Assembly (NCBI GenBank): GCA_016744185.1
Contig: JADGEY010000003.1
Span: 169-64,168, forward strand
Length of the DNA: 64,000 bases
Reading direction: 5' to 3'
From: Emcibacteraceae bacterium
GTDB taxonomy: Bacteria > Pseudomonadota > Alphaproteobacteria > Sphingomonadales > Emcibacteraceae
The position numbers and the translations under genes are program-made. The notes under the pieces are model-generated. The model did no database searches, was not told where the DNA came from, and saw nothing but the letters and a program-made list of their open reading frames with translations. Positions within the stretch are counted from its first letter, which is position 1. Each line of letters begins with the position of its first letter. Below are positions 60,807 through 64,000 of this stretch, in pieces.

Positions 60807-62853
60807 TTTGAGCGTCCTGCGCATTTTGTTGAAGGAAAGCAACACCCTCAGCCATGCGCTGTTCCCACGGGTCAGGGGAATTTATTTCAGGCAGCCGCCC
60901 CCGTTCTTGTTTGAATTTCAATGCACGCAGGGCAAGCTCACGGGCTTCATCATGGGTGAGTTTGGCTTTTTTAGCAGAAATAACCGCTGCAATTTGTTTA
61001 AGGCTTTCCTCTGTCATGGTTTTAGAGAGGATTGAATAGGCTTCACCAAAGGGATTAATACTATCAATTAAATCAATTTCCAAGTCACGGACATCCACCG
61101 CAAATTTACGAACTCCGTCAATAAGGGCAGTACTGCCTCCCTGCTCTATTTCATTGTCACTATTTGCAATATTCTTTGCCTGCTGAGTAAGGTTTAAGGC
61201 AGCAACAGCATGTTGGCGAACGGCTTCTTGATCCGCATCATCTAGATCAGGGTATTTTTCTTTGATAATTTTACCCATGCGCACTTGGGTCAGCTCTTGC
61301 GGCACCATCTCATCATCAAAAAGCCCCCGTTCGAGCGATGTTTTATCTTGAACAAAGGCGGTGATTACCTCATTTAAATCCTGCTTGCAAATCCGCTGTG
61401 CTTCGGCTGATTTGGGATCGGTTAGCCCTTTAATTTCAATTTGAAATTCGCCTGTATTTTTATTAAATCCCACATTTGACTTATGAGGATCATAGCCGTC
61501 TTCGCCGTAATCAAAACCATCTATAGGGGTATTTTGATTTGATTTTGAGATAAAATTAAAACGGGGCGCTAATACTTGTTCCATTAATAAACTGGCAGCA
61601 ATGGCTTTTAGCGTATCATTGACAGCGTCCGTGACCAGATCTTCCGCTGCATCGGGCTCTGCAATTAGATTGGTGAATCTTGCATGGGTTTTACCCTCCG
61701 CATCACGGGTTGAACGACCAATAATCTGAATGATTTCTGTTAAACTAGACCGATAGCCAACCGTTAAGGCATGTTCACACCAAATCCAGTCAAAGCCTTC
61801 TTTTGCCATGCCAAGGGCGATGATAATATCAACATGATCACGGTTAGATTTCATTTCGGGCATTTTTAGAGCATTTTGAACTTTCGATCGTTGTTTTTCA
61901 TCTGTATCATCAACTAAATCGGCAATTTTAATAATTTTCCCGCCTGATGTTTTTATACGGTGGAAACCTGTTTCTTTCTCTACGCCGAGCCATTCGCCTA
62001 ATTCATGAATGATATGTTCTACTTCTTTATATTTGTCCTTTGTGCTTTCACGGGACATGACGCTTGGAATATGAATGATTGTTTTTTCATGAGGGTTTAA
62101 AACTTCCAAAATACTATCAGCGTAAGAATCAGGATAGAAATAATAACCAATATCTAGTTTTTTAAGATGCTCATAACCGTTAAGCTGTTCATAATAAGTG
62201 TAAGTGACGGATTCAAATCTTGCTTCATCTTCTGGCATCATCACCGCCTGTGCGTCCCCTCGAAAATAAGACCCCGTCATGGCGGTAACATGGGTTTTAT
62301 CCCGTGCGATCAGTTCAGCAAGCTGTGCGCCAAGTTTATTATTGGGGTTCGCGCTCACATGGTGAAATTCATCAATTGCAATCAGGCAGCCATCAAAAAC
62401 CTCAACGCCAAATTTTGCGGCGGCATTACGAAATGTCGCATGAGGGCAAATAAGGATCGTATCGTCGCTCTGTAAAAAGCTATGAACCGCATTTGCCTTG
62501 CTGCCATCTTCCCCAGGGGCATTGCAGAGATTCCATTTAGGGTTCACCTTCCAGTCCCAATAAAACCCAAATTGAGTGAGCGGCTCATCATTAAAGCTAG
62601 AGCCAATAGATTTTTCAGGCACCGTAATAATCGCCTTTTTAATCCCTTGGTTATGAATTTTATCAAGCGCAATAAACATCAAAGCCCGACTTTTACCAGA
62701 GGCAGGCGGTGATTTAATCAGCAAATATTGCTCGCCCCGCTTTTCAAAAGCCCTCTCCTGCATCACCCGCATGCCAAGCTCATTAGAACGGGTAGAGCTG
62801 CCATTTGTGGCATAATTCATGGAGACGCTTGGCACTGATTTAATTTTAGTCAT
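60799..62853 (-). CDS. SF2 (ResIII/DExH-type) helicase
   Basis: Motif I SPPASGKS, motif II IAIDEFHH, motif III-like MTGSYF, motif VI QIIGRSTRD. Start moved to ATG 62851-62853 (MTKIKSV); the track start 62898 would run into the repeat element. Alternative ATG at 62820. Confidence 0.8.
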   Translation of the reverse strand: MTKIKSVPSVSMNYATNGSSTRSNELGMRVMQERAFEKRGEQYLLIKSPPASGKSRALMFIALDKIHNQGIKKAIITVPEKSIGSSFNDEPLTQFGFYWDWKVNPKWNLCNAPGEDGSKANAVHSFLQSDDTILICPHATFRNAAAKFGVEVFDGCLIAIDEFHHVSANPNNKLGAQLAELIARDKTHVTAMTGSYFRGDAQAVMMPEDEARFESVTYTYYEQLNGYEHLKKLDIGYYFYPDSYADSILEVLNPHEKTIIHIPSVMSRESTKDKYKEVEHIIHELGEWLGVEKETGFHRIKTSGGKIIKIADLVDDTDEKQRSKVQNALKMPEMKSNRDHVDIIIALGMAKEGFDWIWCEHALTVGYRSSLTEIIQIIGRSTRDAEGKTHARFTNLIAEPDAAEDLVTDAVNDTLKAIAASLLMEQVLAPRFNFISKSNQNTPIDGFDYGEDGYDPHKSNVGFNKNTGEFQIEIKGLTDPKSAEAQRICKQDLNEVITAFVQDKTSLERGLFDDEMVPQELTQVRMGKIIKEKYPDLDDADQEAVRQHAVAALNLTQQAKNIANSDNEIEQGGSTALIDGVRKFAVDVRDLEIDLIDSINPFGEAYSILSKTMTEESLKQIAAVISAKKAKLTHDEARELALRALKFKQERGRLPEINSPDPWEQRMAEGVAFLQQNAQDAQND

Positions 62854-62875
62854 GTTACTAGCCTTATTGGTTTTA

Positions 62876-62971
62876 TTTGTGGAGCGTGAAAACGCCACTA
62901 ATCATTTTGTGGAGCGTGAAACGCAAAATACGCTCCACAAACTATTTTATGGAGTTTCCACGCTCCACAAA
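62876..62971. repeat. dyad-symmetric element with four copies of TTTGTGGAGCGT (two direct, two inverted)
   Basis: Copies at 62876-62887 and 62906-62917 (+ orientation) and at 62930-62941 and 62960-62971 (reverse complement). Spacing is 30 bp within each pair, and the positions are exactly mirror-symmetric about 62923/62924. Confidence 0.9.
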
Positions 62972-62980
62972 ATAAACATG

Positions 62981-64000
62981 CTATCTACCATCAGCTATAT
63001 TAACAAGCTGGGGAAAATATAATACTGCTGACCGACTTCCGCTTGCGGATTGTAAGTCCTTGAGGATACCCACTTCTTTTAATTGTCTTAGTAATCCAGG
63101 GGTTGTTTTTATATGAATATCATGTTTTTCATTTAGTTTCTTAACAAGATCGGAGGCTTTAAAAATAGGCTTATCAAAAATCGCATCAAGCAAATAAACA
63201 GCATATTGTGAGTGGGTTGTTTCTTGAATTTTGATTTTGGTTTCTTCATAAAGAGCCATAATTGATTTAACCCTTGCGCTATTGTCCTTTGCTTGCATAG
63301 TAACCGCTTTTAGGAAAAATATAATCCAGCCCGTCCAATCCCCGTCTTGAGAGATGGATTTCAATCTTTCATAATATTCTTCACGGTGCGCTTCTAAATA
63401 TTCACTCAAATAAAACATCGGCTGCGACAAAGTCTTTTTTTGAAAAAGGAAAAGCGGAATAAGAAGCCGCCCAATGCGCCCATTGCCATCTTTAAAAGGG
63501 TGAAGAAGTTCAAATTGAGCATGAACAATCGCCATCTGTAATAGAAAATCTGAATCGTCATAACAGGTGTATTTTTCCCATTTCTCTAAAAATTCAGTTA
63601 AAATTAAGGGCGAGGGGGGAACAAATGTAGCTTCTTCAATCTTACAGCCTTCTTTTCCAATCCAATTTTGATCAAGCCGAAAGGCACCGGGGGTTTTATC
63701 TTGCCCCCGTACGCTATTTAATAATATTTTATGCAGTTCACAGATAAACCCTAACCGTATCGGATATTCGTCTAAATATTCACGTGATATGAGTAAAGCC
63801 ATGCGGTAATTCAAAATCTCCTGAATATCTTTTTCTTTTTCAGGCTCTTTGATAATGCCCGCTTCATGTTCTAACACTTCATCAACAGTCGCCTGCGTGC
63901 CTTCAATTTTAGAAGATAAGACAGCTTCCTGCGTTGTTAAGGGCGATAACATAACATCAGGGTTCGTAATCCCTTGAAGCAAACCATCATAGCGTGCGAG
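62981..64000 (-). CDS. Fic family protein (class II, AMPylase-type), N-terminus beyond the window end
   Basis: Fic motif HPFKDGNGRIGR (63467-63502). N-terminal inhibitory-helix motif SSKIEG matches (S/T)xxxE(G/N) at 63899-63916. C-terminal winged-helix-like tail. The frame stays open to position 64000. Confidence 0.85.
   Translation of the reverse strand, partial: LARYDGLLQGITNPDVMLSPLTTQEAVLSSKIEGTQATVDEVLEHEAGIIKEPEKEKDIQEILNYRMALLISREYLDEYPIRLGFICELHKILLNSVRGQDKTPGAFRLDQNWIGKEGCKIEEATFVPPSPLILTEFLEKWEKYTCYDDSDFLLQMAIVHAQFELLHPFKDGNGRIGRLLIPLFLFQKKTLSQPMFYLSEYLEAHREEYYERLKSISQDGDWTGWIIFFLKAVTMQAKDNSARVKSIMALYEETKIKIQETTHSQYAVYLLDAIFDKPIFKASDLVKKLNEKHDIHIKTTPGLLRQLKEVGILKDLQSASGSRSAVLYFPQLVNIADGR

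Noticed and set aside
62854-62898. N-terminal 15 codons of the track's helicase ORF (MAFSRSTNKTNKASN)
   Set aside because: This extension reads through copy 1 of the repeat element. An in-frame ATG at 62853 with an AAGG upstream gives a more plausible start, so the extension is treated as non-coding.
62876-62971. Possible mini-CRISPR array
   Set aside because: There are only four short (12-16 nt) boxes, in mixed orientation and mirror symmetry, with partly self-complementary spacers. No cas genes are present, so this is not CRISPR architecture.

Overview
Densely coding chromosome segment from a low-GC alphaproteobacterium. The taxon is inferred from gene content and synteny, and GC content was judged by eye, not computed. 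Most of the window is core housekeeping in classic alphaproteobacterial arrangements: GGDEF cyclase with a DUF2336-like protein, dapD-dapE, truA-fmt-def, rmuC, DUF484-xerC, tal, priA, atpHAGDC, gpmI-envC-ctpA-yibQ-rppH, rlmH-rsfS-nadD-proA-proB-obg, rpmA-rplU, argH-(small LptM-like lipoprotein)-lysA, ftsEX, tyrC-hisC and metXW. I recognised no rRNA, tRNA or CRISPR array, but this was by-eye inspection of intergenic regions only. Two accessory insertions stand out. (1) At 41.2-43.2 kb there is a three-gene toxin / HTH antitoxin / SecB-like chaperone (TAC-type) module with its own promoter and terminator. It sits beside a TonB-dependent receptor that has His/Glu-rich loops and a Zur-box-like palindrome in its promoter. 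(2) At 59.3-64.0 kb, running off the window, there is an island with four parts: an IS1595-family transposase relic, a translationally coupled SF2 helicase plus T5orf172/GIY-YIG-like nuclease operon, a dyad-symmetric 4-copy repeat element in that operon's upstream region, and a class II Fic gene. The helicase-nuclease pair with its repeat element is my best candidate for a poorly described or undescribed defence-type system. Other oddities are a second peptide-deformylase paralog with degenerate catalytic motifs, a lysine/alanine-repeat tail on ribosomal protein L21, and two convergent ORFs overlapping through a (TTC)7 tract. ORF-track coordinates include the stop codon. Where I moved a start codon, the evidence field says so.
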